Below are positions 22,385 to 32,717 of a DNA stretch of 64,000 nt, piece after piece; positions within the stretch are counted from its first letter, which is position 1, and every line of letters begins with the position of its first letter. The notes under the pieces are model-generated. The model was not told the DNA's origin, ran no database searches, and saw nothing but the letters and a program-made list of their open reading frames with translations. Position numbers and translations under genes: made by a program. The stretch is from a bacterium (lineage in GTDB: Bacteria > UBA8248): the NCBI GenBank assembly GCA_963692865.2, contig OY843592.1, positions 2,592,001 to 2,656,000 on the forward strand. Direction: 5' to 3'.

Positions 22385-23431
22385 TCAACTGACCGGCAAG
22401 GATACCAGGCGGTGGGAGGGCGCCGGAACGTTCCGGCCCGAGCCGTCGGCCGTCATGAAGGCGCGGCCCTCGGGGTCTCCCTCCAATTTCCCCTCCCCCG
22501 ACTTCCGGGAAGCGTGCAAGGCCTCCTCCGCATTGTAGGAGCTTCTCACGAAAGGGCCGGCGAACACGTGCGCGAAACCCCTCGCCTCGCCCGCCAGCCG
22601 GTAGCGCGCGTAGACGTCCGGATGAACGTATTCGCGAACGGGGATCGACTTCTTCCTGGGCGAGAGGTACTGACCAATCGTCATTATCCGGCAATCGACG
22701 CTTTCAGCCCTCAAATCATCCATCAAGGAGAGCACGTCCTCTTCGGTTTCGCCCATCCCGACCATGACGCCGCTTTTCGTCACCATTTCCGGGTCAATCC
22801 CTCTCGCCATGCCGATGACGCGCAGGGAGCGTTCGTAATCGCCGTTCGGGCGCGTGCTCTTGAACAGCCGCCTCACCGTCTCGATGTTATGGTTGAACAC
22901 GTCCGGCCCTGCGCGGACCACCCGCTCGACCGCCTCGAAATCGCCCATGAAATCACTCACCAAAACTTCCACAGTGGTCTCGGGCAGCAAATCGCGAATC
23001 GCCTCGATGGTCGCCACCACGTGGCCGGCCGCGCCATCGGGCAAATCGTCGCGATTCACCATCGTAACGACCACATGCTTTAATCCCAAGTGTTTCGCGG
23101 CCTCCGCCACGTGCAGCGGCTCGTTTACGTCCAAAGGCTCGGGCGCGCCCTTCGTGACGGCGCAATAGCCGCAAGTTCTCGTGCAGACGTCCCCGCCAAT
23201 CATGAAAGTGGCCGTGTCGCGCGAGAAACACTCGAACAGGTTCGGGCAACGGGCTTCCTCGCACACGGTGTGCAGATGCTTGTTGCGCATCAGCGCCTTG
23301 ACCTCGTGCGCGCGGCTCGGGCTCGGCAAGCGTTTTACGAGCCAGGGCGGAAAGCGTCGAGAAGCCATCGAATCGTCTCCTGTCCCGGAAATCGGAAGGC
23401 TCATATTAGGAACGCGAAGCGCGGGTGTCAA
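22385..23431 (-). CDS. lipA: Lipoyl synthase
   Basis: CEEARCPNLFEC, CTRTCGYC, RSSY; the true start may be slightly downstream. Confidence 0.95.
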   Translation of the reverse strand: MTPALRVPNMSLPISGTGDDSMASRRFPPWLVKRLPSPSRAHEVKALMRNKHLHTVCEEARCPNLFECFSRDTATFMIGGDVCTRTCGYCAVTKGAPEPLDVNEPLHVAEAAKHLGLKHVVVTMVNRDDLPDGAAGHVVATIEAIRDLLPETTVEVLVSDFMGDFEAVERVVRAGPDVFNHNIETVRRLFKSTRPNGDYERSLRVIGMARGIDPEMVTKSGVMVGMGETEEDVLSLMDDLRAESVDCRIMTIGQYLSPRKKSIPVREYVHPDVYARYRLAGEARGFAHVFAGPFVRSSYNAEEALHASRKSGEGKLEGDPEGRAFMTADGSGRNVPAPSHRLVSLPVS

Positions 23432-23484
23432 GATTAAAGTCGTTTGTAGCTAATAAACCACAAAACATTGTATTCACGGATATT

Positions 23485-24363
23485 TTACATGGCTATAATT
23501 TTTGCACTTAGGGGTTTGACTCTCACTTGCATCTCGGAGAGCGCCTTTTGGGCCTCGGCCTTGTCCCGATAGTGCCCCACGCGGACGCGATACCATTTGC
23601 CCTTCGGGCCAAGATCCGCATTCTTGATGAAGGGCTGAAAGCCCGCATCCCTCAGCTTTCGCACGACTCGAAGCGCCACGTCGAATTTCTTGACCGAGAC
23701 GACCTGAATGGTATATCCGCCTTCCTTTGCCCAGGGTTTCGTCGTACGAGACGCCGCTTGTCCAGGTTTTTCCGCTTCGTGAACGGCTTTGTCCGTATTA
23801 TCGTTCTCCTCGTCGACTTTCTTTTCGGGAGCTTTCTCTACCGACGCAGTTTCCGGCTGGGGGGCCGGTTTCGGTGGGGTTTCCTTTTTCACCACGGGCA
23901 GCTTGATGGGCTCGATGGGCTGCTCGTCTTCCCGGGTCTCTTTCAGCAAGTCCTGATAAAATTTCGGTTTGATGGCTTCCGCGGGCTTGTTCGCCACCTC
24001 GATTTCAGTTTCGGGTTCGGGCTTTTTTTTCAGCGCGGCGGCCGCCTCGCGCTCCGCCTCTTTCTCCCCGTCCTTTTCAAGAACCTTACGCTCGGGCGCG
24101 GCCCCGGCCTTGGCCACCTCGCTCAATGCGTCATGCGCGCCCCAGAGGTAGCCGAGGCTGAAGGACCCGGCAACCGCCGCGAGGAGGATGAGCGCAAAAA
24201 CGCCCGCCTGCAGTTTGCCGAAAACAATCCTGTAGCGTTTCGCGGAAGCTCGGCGCCGGGACTTCATGGACTTCTCGATTCGCGGGCGGATGCTGTCTAC
24301 ATCTTCTCGGGAGCGGAGACTCCCAATAGATTCAAACCATTCCTCAAGACGACTTGCACGCAC
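23485..24363 (-). CDS. SPOR-domain membrane protein
   Basis: Single TM helix, charged/Pro-rich linker, YTIQVVS...WYRVRVG SPOR domain; follows argS. Confidence 0.85.
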   Translation of the reverse strand: MRASRLEEWFESIGSLRSREDVDSIRPRIEKSMKSRRRASAKRYRIVFGKLQAGVFALILLAAVAGSFSLGYLWGAHDALSEVAKAGAAPERKVLEKDGEKEAEREAAAALKKKPEPETEIEVANKPAEAIKPKFYQDLLKETREDEQPIEPIKLPVVKKETPPKPAPQPETASVEKAPEKKVDEENDNTDKAVHEAEKPGQAASRTTKPWAKEGGYTIQVVSVKKFDVALRVVRKLRDAGFQPFIKNADLGPKGKWYRVRVGHYRDKAEAQKALSEMQVRVKPLSAKIIAM

Positions 24364-25970
24364 TTCGCGAGGCGCAGACGGGCGCGGGTGAGTTCTTCGC
24401 CCTGGCCCAGGATGCGGTTGCGATTATAGTAGGCATGGAATTGTTTGGCGAGCGCGATGAGGCCGAACGTGACGTGGTGGGGTTCGGACCTCTCCGCCGC
24501 GGTGCGGACCACGTCGGGCCATTCGAGGAGATTCTTCATGAGCCGGCGCTCCTCGTCCAGCACGAGCACGCCGGGAGGCGGCTCATCGAGGCCATCGAAC
24601 GACTCGCCCTCCTCCTCCGCCTGCCTGAAAAGACTGCAGGCGCGCGCATGGGCGTATTGCACGTAATAGACCGGGTTCTCGCTGCTTTGCTCTTTCGCCA
24701 AATCGAGATCGAACTCCAGCGCCGCGTCCGCGCTCCTCATCAGGAAGAAAAAGCGGGCCGCGTCCACGCCCACCTCGTCCACCACGGTGGACAGTTCCTC
24801 GAACTCGCCCGCGCGCGTGCTCATCTGCACCGCCTCGCCGCCGCGGCGCAGGCTCACGAACTGAACGAAGAGAACGTCGAGCTTTTCAGGGTCATGGCCG
24901 AGCATCTCCATCGCCGCGCGCACCCGAGGCAAATACCCGTGGTGATCCGCTCCCCAGATGTTGATGTAGCGATCGAAGCCGCGCCCATACTTGAGATGGT
25001 GATAGGCGATGTCAGACGCGAGATAGGTCGGGCGGCCATCTTCGCGCACGACGACGCGGTCCTTCTCATCGCCGTACGCGCTCGAAGCGAGCCATTTGGC
25101 CCCGTCTTTCTCATAGAGTTTTTCGTTCGCTTCCAGATCGGCGACCGCCTCTTCCACCCTGTTGCCGTTTTCGTTGAACAAAGACGACTCGCTGAACCAC
25201 TCATCGAAGCGAACCCGGAACCCGGCGAGAGATTTCTGGATGTCCTCCAGAATCAAATCCTTGGCGATGACGCCCGCTTGCGAGAGAAGCGACTCTTCAT
25301 CTTCGAGCGCACCGACGCCCTCGCGGAACCTCGCGGATTTGACGATCTCGCGAATGTATTCCCCCTGGTAGGCGTCCTCGGGAAAGGGAACATCCTCTCC
25401 CTTCACGTCCTGCAAATAACGCGCGCAGGCCGATTTCGCCAGCGTCTCTATCTGGTTGCCCGCGTCATTGATGTAGTACTCCCGGTGCACGCGAAAGCCC
25501 GAAGCCTCCAGCACGCGCCCCAGAACGTCGCCCAGCGCGGCGCCCCGTCCATGGCCGACGTGAAGCGGCCCCGTGGGGTTCGCGCTCACGAACTCCAGGT
25601 GCACGGATTTTCCCGCTCCCGATTCGTTTTTTCCAAAATCATCCGGCGCGCAGAGAATGTCCGTGAGCTTCGCGCACAGGTAATCCCCGTCGAGATACAG
25701 GTTGATGAAGCCGGGCTTTTCGATCCGGACGTCTCTCAAGAACCCTTTGGGCGCCTCGAAGTGCCTGACGATTTTTTCCGCAATCAACAGCGGCGCCTTG
25801 CGCTCGGCTCTCGCCAGCGTCATCGCGATATTGCAGGAGAAATCGCCGAACGCCTCGTTCGGCGGCGTCTCGATGACGACCGGGGGCCTCTCCCCGGAGG
25901 TCAGGTCGCCCGCCGCGCGCGCGCTTTCGAATGCGTTCTCGAACATGGGGATCATCAGTTCTTTGAGCAC
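24297..25970 (-). CDS. argS: Arginine-tRNA ligase
   Basis: EFVSANPTGPLHVGHGRG, GADHHGY, MSTRAG, YVQYAHAR. Confidence 0.97.
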   Translation of the reverse strand: MLKELMIPMFENAFESARAAGDLTSGERPPVVIETPPNEAFGDFSCNIAMTLARAERKAPLLIAEKIVRHFEAPKGFLRDVRIEKPGFINLYLDGDYLCAKLTDILCAPDDFGKNESGAGKSVHLEFVSANPTGPLHVGHGRGAALGDVLGRVLEASGFRVHREYYINDAGNQIETLAKSACARYLQDVKGEDVPFPEDAYQGEYIREIVKSARFREGVGALEDEESLLSQAGVIAKDLILEDIQKSLAGFRVRFDEWFSESSLFNENGNRVEEAVADLEANEKLYEKDGAKWLASSAYGDEKDRVVVREDGRPTYLASDIAYHHLKYGRGFDRYINIWGADHHGYLPRVRAAMEMLGHDPEKLDVLFVQFVSLRRGGEAVQMSTRAGEFEELSTVVDEVGVDAARFFFLMRSADAALEFDLDLAKEQSSENPVYYVQYAHARACSLFRQAEEEGESFDGLDEPPPGVLVLDEERRLMKNLLEWPDVVRTAAERSEPHHVTFGLIALAKQFHAYYNRNRILGQGEELTRARLRLAKCVQVVLRNGLNLLGVSAPEKM

Positions 25971-26033
25971 GGAAGCCTCATCAAAGAATCATCGCCGAAA
26001 CGAAGGAACAAATACCGCCCCCGCGCGATTCCG

Positions 26034-26780
26034 TCAACGCGAAACGGCGGCGCGGCGCCGAGGCAGGGATTTTCCGCCATGATATTGCAGAAACGCCTCC
26101 GCGCACCCGATGATTTCAGACCCAAGGGATGCGGCGAATCGAATGGAAAAACATTTATCAGGCGTCAGGCGGAGGACCTCTCTCATCGCGGCGACGGAAC
26201 CCGCGCGCAGGCGCATCTCCCGCGCAGCAGGCTCCGGGCATCTCGCGCAGCGGAGCTCGCCCGTGGCGACATCGAAGCGCGCCGCCTCGCTTCCCGGTTT
26301 TTTCTCGCACGCCGCGCAGTAGTCGAGGCCCGGGCCGAGCCCCATCGTCTTGAGCAGCATCAGAAGGAATACCCCCTCCATGCCCGCCGCGCCCGCGCCC
26401 TTCTCCAGCGCTTCGAACGAGGACCTGAGCAAGAGATAGTGCGCGCTCTCGCCCTCGTCCACGCCCAACACCACATCGATCACCTTCAAGAGGCGCGACG
26501 CCACCCGCATGGCCTCGTAGTCACTCCAGAGCCTTTGGTAGACCCGTGTCGTCTCGCATTTTCGCATCGCGCCCAAACCCGAACCGCCGCGCCGGCTCCA
26601 TTCGATATGACTCACGCTCGCGGGTTCGAGTCCCACGCCCACCCTCGACTTCGCCGAGCGCACGCCCTTGGCCACCAGGCGCGCCTTGCCGTGGCCTTTG
26701 GTCAAAACCGTCACTATCAGGCTCGTGTTCGAGTATGGACGCGCGTTCAGGACGATGGCTTCGTCGCTCAGAATGGCCAA
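26034..26780 (-). CDS. recO: DNA repair protein RecO
   Basis: EAIVL...LTKGHGK...AKGVR OB fold; CAAC/CARC zinc finger. Confidence 0.9.
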   Translation of the reverse strand: MAILSDEAIVLNARPYSNTSLIVTVLTKGHGKARLVAKGVRSAKSRVGVGLEPASVSHIEWSRRGGSGLGAMRKCETTRVYQRLWSDYEAMRVASRLLKVIDVVLGVDEGESAHYLLLRSSFEALEKGAGAAGMEGVFLLMLLKTMGLGPGLDYCAACEKKPGSEAARFDVATGELRCARCPEPAAREMRLRAGSVAAMREVLRLTPDKCFSIRFAASLGSEIIGCAEAFLQYHGGKSLPRRRAAVSR

Positions 26781-26907
26781 GAAAACGCCTCCCGACAGGT
26801 CTTCTTTTTCAGGCCTTGACGAAATCGGGCGGATGAGAGATAGTTTGCGGCCTGAAAGATTCTATTTTCTGACGCCTTATACCGCAAACGGGAGGAACAC
26901 AACCAAT

Positions 26908-27096
26908 ATGCCGGGAGTAAAAGTACACGAAGGTGAATCCATCGACAAGGCTTTGAAACAGTTCAAGAAACAATGCGAAAAATCAGGCATTCTCACGGAA
27001 ATCAAAAAGCGCGAGTATTATGAGAAGCCCAGCGTGAAGCGCAAGAGAAAGATACTCGCCGCGCACAAAAAGCGCATGCGCGCCCAGAACCGCTAA
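26908..27096 (+). CDS. rpsU: 30S ribosomal protein S21
   Basis: GGAGG RBS; [21 protein letters not shown]...[12 protein letters not shown]. Confidence 0.95.
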   Translation: MPGVKVHEGESIDKALKQFKKQCEKSGILTEIKKREYYEKPSVKRKRKILAAHKKRMRAQNR

Positions 27097-28088
27097 GCCT
27101 GAACATTCTCATACCCGAGTTCGGAAAGCGCGGCGTCCTTCTGCCGCCAGTTCGGCTTGACGCGAACCTTGAGGCCGAGAAATATCCGCTCGCCGAGGCG
27201 CCGTTCGATCTCCTTTCTTGAAAACTCTCCGATTTTCTTGATCCGGCTGCCTCCCTTGCCCACCAGAATACCCCGCTGGCTCTTCCGCTCCACGAAGATT
27301 TCCGCCTCGACGCGCAACAGGCCCGAACGCTCGTCGCGCTCCATCTCGCGAACCCTCACCGCCACCGCGTAGGGAATCTCCTTGTGCAGCAGGCGGTACG
27401 CCTGCTCGCGAACGAACTCCTCTATCAGGAGCGCTTCGCTCACGTCCGTCGTCATGTCGGGAGAAAAGTATCTCGGTCCCTCGGGAAGCGCCCCGATGAT
27501 GTTCTCCACCAGCGGCCCCACGTTGTCCCCCTTGAGCGCCGAGACGGGATAGGCGCTCTTGAACCCCTCGTCTTCGGCGTATTTCGCCAGAACGGGCAGG
27601 AGCTTCGTCTTGTCCTTGATGCGGTCCACCTTGTTGATGACGAGAAACACAGGCACGCCCGCATCCTCGATGAGCGCGAGTGCGTTCTCATCCACCTCCC
27701 CTTCGGGGTCGTCCGTCATGAACAGGGCGAGGTCGGCGCCCGAGCAGGCGGCCTTCACCTCTTCGAGCAGAAAACGCCCGAGCTTCGAGGCGGGGCGCTC
27801 AAAGCCGGGCGTGTCGAAAAATGCCGCCTGCGCGCCCTCCGTGTTCAACACGCCGAGCAGCCTGCGCCTCGTGGTCCCGGGCTTACGGGTGACAATGGCG
27901 AGTTTCTCGCCGAGGATGCGGTTGAGCAGGGTGGATTTGCCCACGTTCGGGCGTCCGATGATGGCGATGAAGCCCGAGCGGAATCCTTCGGGCGTATCGA
28001 GGCGCTCCCCGGTGCTTCTCAAGATTTTATCGAGGTCGAGCGTGCGCGCGTCGCCCCGGGTTCGAGGTCTCTTTTTCTTCGGCGGCAC
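27093..28088 (-). CDS. era: GTPase Era
   Basis: [18 protein letters not shown] domain ILVGKGG. Confidence 0.95.
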   Translation of the reverse strand: MPPKKKRPRTRGDARTLDLDKILRSTGERLDTPEGFRSGFIAIIGRPNVGKSTLLNRILGEKLAIVTRKPGTTRRRLLGVLNTEGAQAAFFDTPGFERPASKLGRFLLEEVKAACSGADLALFMTDDPEGEVDENALALIEDAGVPVFLVINKVDRIKDKTKLLPVLAKYAEDEGFKSAYPVSALKGDNVGPLVENIIGALPEGPRYFSPDMTTDVSEALLIEEFVREQAYRLLHKEIPYAVAVRVREMERDERSGLLRVEAEIFVERKSQRGILVGKGGSRIKKIGEFSRKEIERRLGERIFLGLKVRVKPNWRQKDAALSELGYENVQA

Positions 28089-28097
28089 CCGCGCGCC

Positions 28098-29882
28098 CTA
28101 CCGGAAGGCCCCGTCGATGCCAAGCTCCCTGAGCTGAAGGCGCTCGACCGAGGCCGGCGCGCCGGTCATCAGGCAGGTGGCTTTCTGGGTCTTGGGAAAC
28201 GCGATGACGTCGCGGATGGAGGGGGCGCCCGTCAAGAGCATCATGATGCGGTCCAGACCGAACGCGATTCCCCCGTGGGGCGGCGTGCCGAACTCCAACG
28301 CCTCCATGAAGAAACCGAAGCGCCGCTGCGCCTCTTCTTCGTCCATGTCCAGGGCGGCGAACATTTTCTGCTGCACCTCGCGCTGGTGGATCCGCCGGCT
28401 GCCGCCGCCGATCTCGTTCCCGTTCACCACCATGTCGTAGGCCTGGGAGCGGATGGCGCCGGGGTCGGAATCGAACAGCGGGGCGTCTTCGGGCACGGGC
28501 GCCGTGAAGGGGTGGTGAAGCGCGTGAAACCGCTTCTCCGCCTCATCGTATTCGAGCAGCGGGAAGTCCACGACCCAGCAGAAATCGAAATTCTGATCGT
28601 CGCGGGCGACGAGACCCAGCCGCGCGCCGATTTCTTCGCGCAGATGACCCAGCACCGACGCGCTCACCGCCGGGGCGTCGGCCACCATCATCAACAGGTC
28701 GCCGACCTCCACGCCCGCTCTCGCGCCGACCTCCTCCAACTGGCCGTCCAGGAAGAACTTGGTGATGTTCGATTCATACCCGTTTTCCGTCCGCTTCGCC
28801 CAGGCGAGGCCGCCCGCGCCCAACTCCTGGGCGCGCGCGATGATGCCGTCGATTTCTTTTCTCGACGCCGACGCCATGCCCGGCCCCGCCATGGCGCGCG
28901 CCACGCCGCCCTTCTCCACCGCGCCCCTGAACACCTTGAACTCGCTCGCCTGCGCCACGTCGGTGAAGGTGGCCAGCTTCATGCCGAAGCGCCTGTCCGG
29001 CCTGTCGGTTCCGTACTGCGCTATCGCCTCTGCGTAGGGGACCCGCTCGAAGGGGGTTTCGATCTCGACCTCGCCCACCTCTTTCCATATCCTGGCCACC
29101 AGACCTTCCATGAGGCCGAAGAAGGCTTCGCTGTTCAGGAAGGAGCACTCGATGTCGATCTGCGTGAACTCGGGCTGCCTGTCGGCGCGCAAATCCTCGT
29201 CCCGGAAGCATTTCACGATCTGGTAGTAGCGATCGAAACCCGCCACCATGAGAATCTGCTTGAACATCTGGGGGCTCTGGGGGAGCGCAAAGAAACTCCC
29301 GCGCGCGAGACGGCTCGGCACCAGGTAATCCCTCGCTCCCTCGGGCGTGCTCCTGGTGAGCACCGGGGTCTCGACGTCGACGAATTGGTTTTCCGTGAGG
29401 AAATTGCGGATCACCTGGGTCGCCTGATGGCGCCTGATGAAATTTTCCCGCAGGGCGGGCCGCCTGAGGTCGAGGTAGCGGTACTGGAGGCGCAGCGCTT
29501 CACCCGCGTCGGAATCGTCTTCTATCTCGAAGGGCGGCGTTCTCGCCTCGCTAAGAACTTCCAGCTTCGTTATCCGGACCTCGACTTCGCCGGTCGCGAG
29601 ATTGGGATTCGCCATCCCCTCGGGGCGTTCGAGAACAACCCCCCGGACGGCGAGCACCCACTCGCCGCGCACCCGCTCGGCGAGGGCGTGGGCCGCCTCG
29701 TCGTAAGAAGGATCGGCCACCACCTGGGTGACGCCGTAGCGGTCGCGCAGATCGATGAAGATCAATCCGCCGTGGTCTCGGTTCGACCCCGCCCAACCCA
29801 TGAGAACGACCTCGGCGCCGACGTCGGAGGCGCGAAGCGACCCGCAGTCGTGCGTCCTTCCTTCTTCCAAAAGCTCGCTCAA
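28098..29882 (-). CDS. aspS: Aspartate-tRNA ligase, probably non-discriminating (Asp/Asn)
   Basis: RTHDCG, RDHGG, LPQSPQ, FRDEDLRADRQPEFTQ, PPHGGIAFGLDR. Confidence 0.96.
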   Translation of the reverse strand: MSELLEEGRTHDCGSLRASDVGAEVVLMGWAGSNRDHGGLIFIDLRDRYGVTQVVADPSYDEAAHALAERVRGEWVLAVRGVVLERPEGMANPNLATGEVEVRITKLEVLSEARTPPFEIEDDSDAGEALRLQYRYLDLRRPALRENFIRRHQATQVIRNFLTENQFVDVETPVLTRSTPEGARDYLVPSRLARGSFFALPQSPQMFKQILMVAGFDRYYQIVKCFRDEDLRADRQPEFTQIDIECSFLNSEAFFGLMEGLVARIWKEVGEVEIETPFERVPYAEAIAQYGTDRPDRRFGMKLATFTDVAQASEFKVFRGAVEKGGVARAMAGPGMASASRKEIDGIIARAQELGAGGLAWAKRTENGYESNITKFFLDGQLEEVGARAGVEVGDLLMMVADAPAVSASVLGHLREEIGARLGLVARDDQNFDFCWVVDFPLLEYDEAEKRFHALHHPFTAPVPEDAPLFDSDPGAIRSQAYDMVVNGNEIGGGSRRIHQREVQQKMFAALDMDEEEAQRRFGFFMEALEFGTPPHGGIAFGLDRIMMLLTGAPSIRDVIAFPKTQKATCLMTGAPASVERLQLRELGIDGAFR

Positions 29883-29967
29883 GATTTCTTATCCCTCATT
29901 CATGTCCGCGCTTGAATTTTCGCATCCCTTCACTGGCGCGGGAGCCTATCCGCTTCGCATCAGGAAT

Positions 29968-31215
29968 TCAACCATCCTGCGCCCGCCTCTTCATTATACG
30001 GGAAAGCCAGACGATTCCGCCGAGACCGATCCAGACGGCCACGCCCACCGAGGCCCAGGCCGCCGTCCACTCGGTGGGGAGAACCTCGCCCCGGGAGCCC
30101 GGGTTCGTGATGTCGAGAATGTAGCCCACCTCGATGGAGGAGAGCGCGCCGAAGAGAAAACCGAACCCGGCGAGGCAGCCCAGCGCCGTGCCCAAGTGGC
30201 GCTTGGGGGCGATTTCGCTCATCACGACCAGAAAGACGGACGCATCGACGGCCATCGTCACCGCCCAGACGAGCGCCACGACGAGTAGAACCGGAATGGG
30301 CGCGTGGAACAGAAGGCCGATACCGAACGTCATCGCGCCGCTCAGGAACAGACTCCCCCCGATGCTCCGGAGACGACCGAACCTGTCCGCCGACCATGCG
30401 CCGATGAAATTCGAAAAGGCCGATATCGCGATCATGAACGCCAGCGCCGTCGCGGCGTTGTCCACGGCGCCTCCTCTCGGCAGGCCGTGCGCCACGAACG
30501 CCGAGGCGAGGAACGTGACGCCCCAGCCCCTGAAGGCGAACATCTCCCAGCGGTGCATGACGTAAGCGCCGATGAGCACCCAGCACCCGAGCGGCAGGCG
30601 CGGGAAGGAGAATCTCTCCCCTCCTCCCGATTCCCCCCTGCCGGGGTCGGGCGCCCAGAGCAGCACCATCATCACGCCGGCGACGGGGCCGAGCGAGCCC
30701 GCGGCGAAGGTGAAGCGCCAGCCGAAATCGGGAAGCAGATAACCCGTCAAAAACATCGAGACCGACACGCTGAAGGTGAAGAAAAAGGCGTAGCCCGAGA
30801 CCGTCTTCGCCCTGAGAGCAGGCGAGGCGTGCTCGGCCACGATGCGAAGACCCGGCCCGAACACGCCCGCAAGCCCCACCCCGCAGGCGCACCGCAGAAG
30901 CGCCGCCGTCCAAAGCCCCTCGGCGAAGAAGGGGAACATGAGGTTCGTGAGGCCCAGCCAGGCGGCCGAGAAGAGGTATATGGTTCTCGCGCTGAAATAG
31001 TCCGTCGCGCCGGTGAGAACGGCGGAGGCGACGACGTAGCCCACGTAAAACATGAAATAGATGAAACCGGCGTCCGCGTTGGTGAGGGACCACTCCGCCT
31101 TCAGAATCGGGATGGCGGTCGGGTAGTTGGCGTAGACGAGCATGATGGGAAGCTGGGAGAAACTCAGAACCCACAGGGACGCCTGACTGAGGCGCGCTTT
31201 TCGGGGATTTTCCAT
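29968..31215 (-). CDS. MFS transporter
   Basis: About 12 hydrophobic segments; GAWSADRFGR motif A. Confidence 0.85.
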   Translation of the reverse strand: MENPRKARLSQASLWVLSFSQLPIMLVYANYPTAIPILKAEWSLTNADAGFIYFMFYVGYVVASAVLTGATDYFSARTIYLFSAAWLGLTNLMFPFFAEGLWTAALLRCACGVGLAGVFGPGLRIVAEHASPALRAKTVSGYAFFFTFSVSVSMFLTGYLLPDFGWRFTFAAGSLGPVAGVMMVLLWAPDPGRGESGGGERFSFPRLPLGCWVLIGAYVMHRWEMFAFRGWGVTFLASAFVAHGLPRGGAVDNAATALAFMIAISAFSNFIGAWSADRFGRLRSIGGSLFLSGAMTFGIGLLFHAPIPVLLVVALVWAVTMAVDASVFLVVMSEIAPKRHLGTALGCLAGFGFLFGALSSIEVGYILDITNPGSRGEVLPTEWTAAWASVGVAVWIGLGGIVWLSRIMKRRAQDG

Positions 31216-31242
31216 GTATTCAGCGATTGGTTGGCTCTGCGC

Positions 31243-32256
31243 CTAGGCGAAGTCGTTTTCCCAGATGCGCTTCAAGCGCTCCATCTCGTCTTCTTCCAGC
31301 GGCTCGGCGCCGACGCAGGAGAGCGCTTCCGCGAGTTGCTCCTCGCCCGAGAAACCCACCAGGGCGCAGGAAACCTCTTCATGCATCAGGACGAAGCGGA
31401 GCGCCGCCTGCGCCAGCGCGCGTCCCTCGCGAACGAGAAACGCGAGCTTTTCGGCGCGCGCCGCGTCCTTATGGTATTCCGAGCCGAGGGACAGCGCCGG
31501 CGGACGTTCATCCAGAAAACCCAGCAGGTTCGGCTCCGCCGTCAGCGCGCCCAGCGCCAGGGCGCGAATCGCCAGCACTCCCATGCCGATGGACGCTGCG
31601 CGCTCGATGAGCAGCTTATAGTCCACCGCGCCGAAACCCTCGGGCACGGGATAGGCCGCGCTCGGGTTGAGCAGGTTGAAATACGCCTGCACCGCGTGGA
31701 ACTCGCCGCTCTCGACCATCTCGGCCAGCGAGTCGGGATGCCCGACCCCGGTGAAGCCGAAAAAGCGCACGAGGCCGCGCTCGCGCAATGCCTTGAAGCC
31801 GTCGAGCACGCCGCCTGAGCGAAATATATCGGAGAGATCGAACACCACCTCCCCCACCGGCCAGTCTCTCCCGGGCGCCACGTAGTTGTGGATCTGGATC
31901 AGATCGACATGGGGTCGATCCAGCCGCGCGAGGCTCTTCTCCACCGAGGCGACCACCGCCTCTTCGGGCGCTTCGCGCTCCTCGGCGGTGAGGCGGATCT
32001 TCGTCGTGAGGACGACGTCCGCCCCCAGTTTCTTGAGCGCGGCGCCCAGATTGGCTTCGGACTTCCCGTTCCCGTAGCCCATCGCCGTATCGAAGAAGTT
32101 CACGCCCCCGTCCAGCGCGCCGCGAACCGCGCGGAGCTGCCCCTCGTGGTCGTCGCCCACCATGAGGCGGCTGATCCCGCCCGTGCCGAAACCTATCTCG
32201 GACACCGGGACGCCCGTGCTCCCCAGGGCGCGCATGCGCATCGTCTGCCTCTCCAT
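31243..32256 (-). CDS. Aldo/keto reductase
   Basis: LGSTGVPVSEIGFG, FFDTAMGYG, TTK, DLIQIH; start reassigned to ATG 32256 because the upstream extension runs into repeats. Confidence 0.9.
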   Translation of the reverse strand: MERQTMRMRALGSTGVPVSEIGFGTGGISRLMVGDDHEGQLRAVRGALDGGVNFFDTAMGYGNGKSEANLGAALKKLGADVVLTTKIRLTAEEREAPEEAVVASVEKSLARLDRPHVDLIQIHNYVAPGRDWPVGEVVFDLSDIFRSGGVLDGFKALRERGLVRFFGFTGVGHPDSLAEMVESGEFHAVQAYFNLLNPSAAYPVPEGFGAVDYKLLIERAASIGMGVLAIRALALGALTAEPNLLGFLDERPPALSLGSEYHKDAARAEKLAFLVREGRALAQAALRFVLMHEEVSCALVGFSGEEQLAEALSCVGAEPLEEDEMERLKRIWENDFA

Positions 32257-32318
32257 AAAATTTCTCCATACGTCCGGGGCGAAGCCTACCACGAGCGGGC
32301 GAGCAGGCGAAGGAGAAC

Positions 32319-32433
32319 GGGGCTGTTGAAAAAAACCCCTTGTCGGGTACGTCCTTTTGCTTTTGATCGTCATTCCCCTGCCATGAAAACCAACCGCCCT
32401 ACCCCCCCTTGTCGAGGCTGTTGAAAAACCCTC
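32319..32433 (+). mobile_element. Two solo left ends of the GGGGCTGTTGAAAA element family
   Basis: GGGGCTGTTGAAAAAA at 32319 and GAGGCTGTTGAAAAA at 32414, with a truncated CGTCATTCC REP at 32368 between them. Confidence 0.55.
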
Positions 32434-32438
32434 TCCGT

Positions 32439-32660
32439 CTCATCCTGAGTAGCGGCGAAGCCGCGTATCGAAGGTCAATCACGACCAATGCGGGAGCGAT
32501 TGCCTCTCGCCCGGCGCGAGGCGTTCGATTCCCCTCGCCCTTCGATACGCCGCCTCCGGCGGCTACTCAGGGTGAGGGGGGAAGAATGCCGCATAAGCCA
32601 GGAACGAAAGCAAAATTCCTCATCCCGAGTAGGCGCGCTTGCGCGCCGTATCGAGGGACG
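32439..32660. repeat. REP-like palindrome cluster, family C (CTCATCCYGAG...GTATCGARGG)
   Basis: Inverted pair at 32439-32474 and 32539-32576; a third copy at 32619-32660 is identical to 38120-38161. Confidence 0.8.
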
Positions 32661-32717
32661 AATGCGCGCCCGGCGCATTTTGATGTAGGATAGGCGTATT
32701 CCTTACATGGAGAGAAC

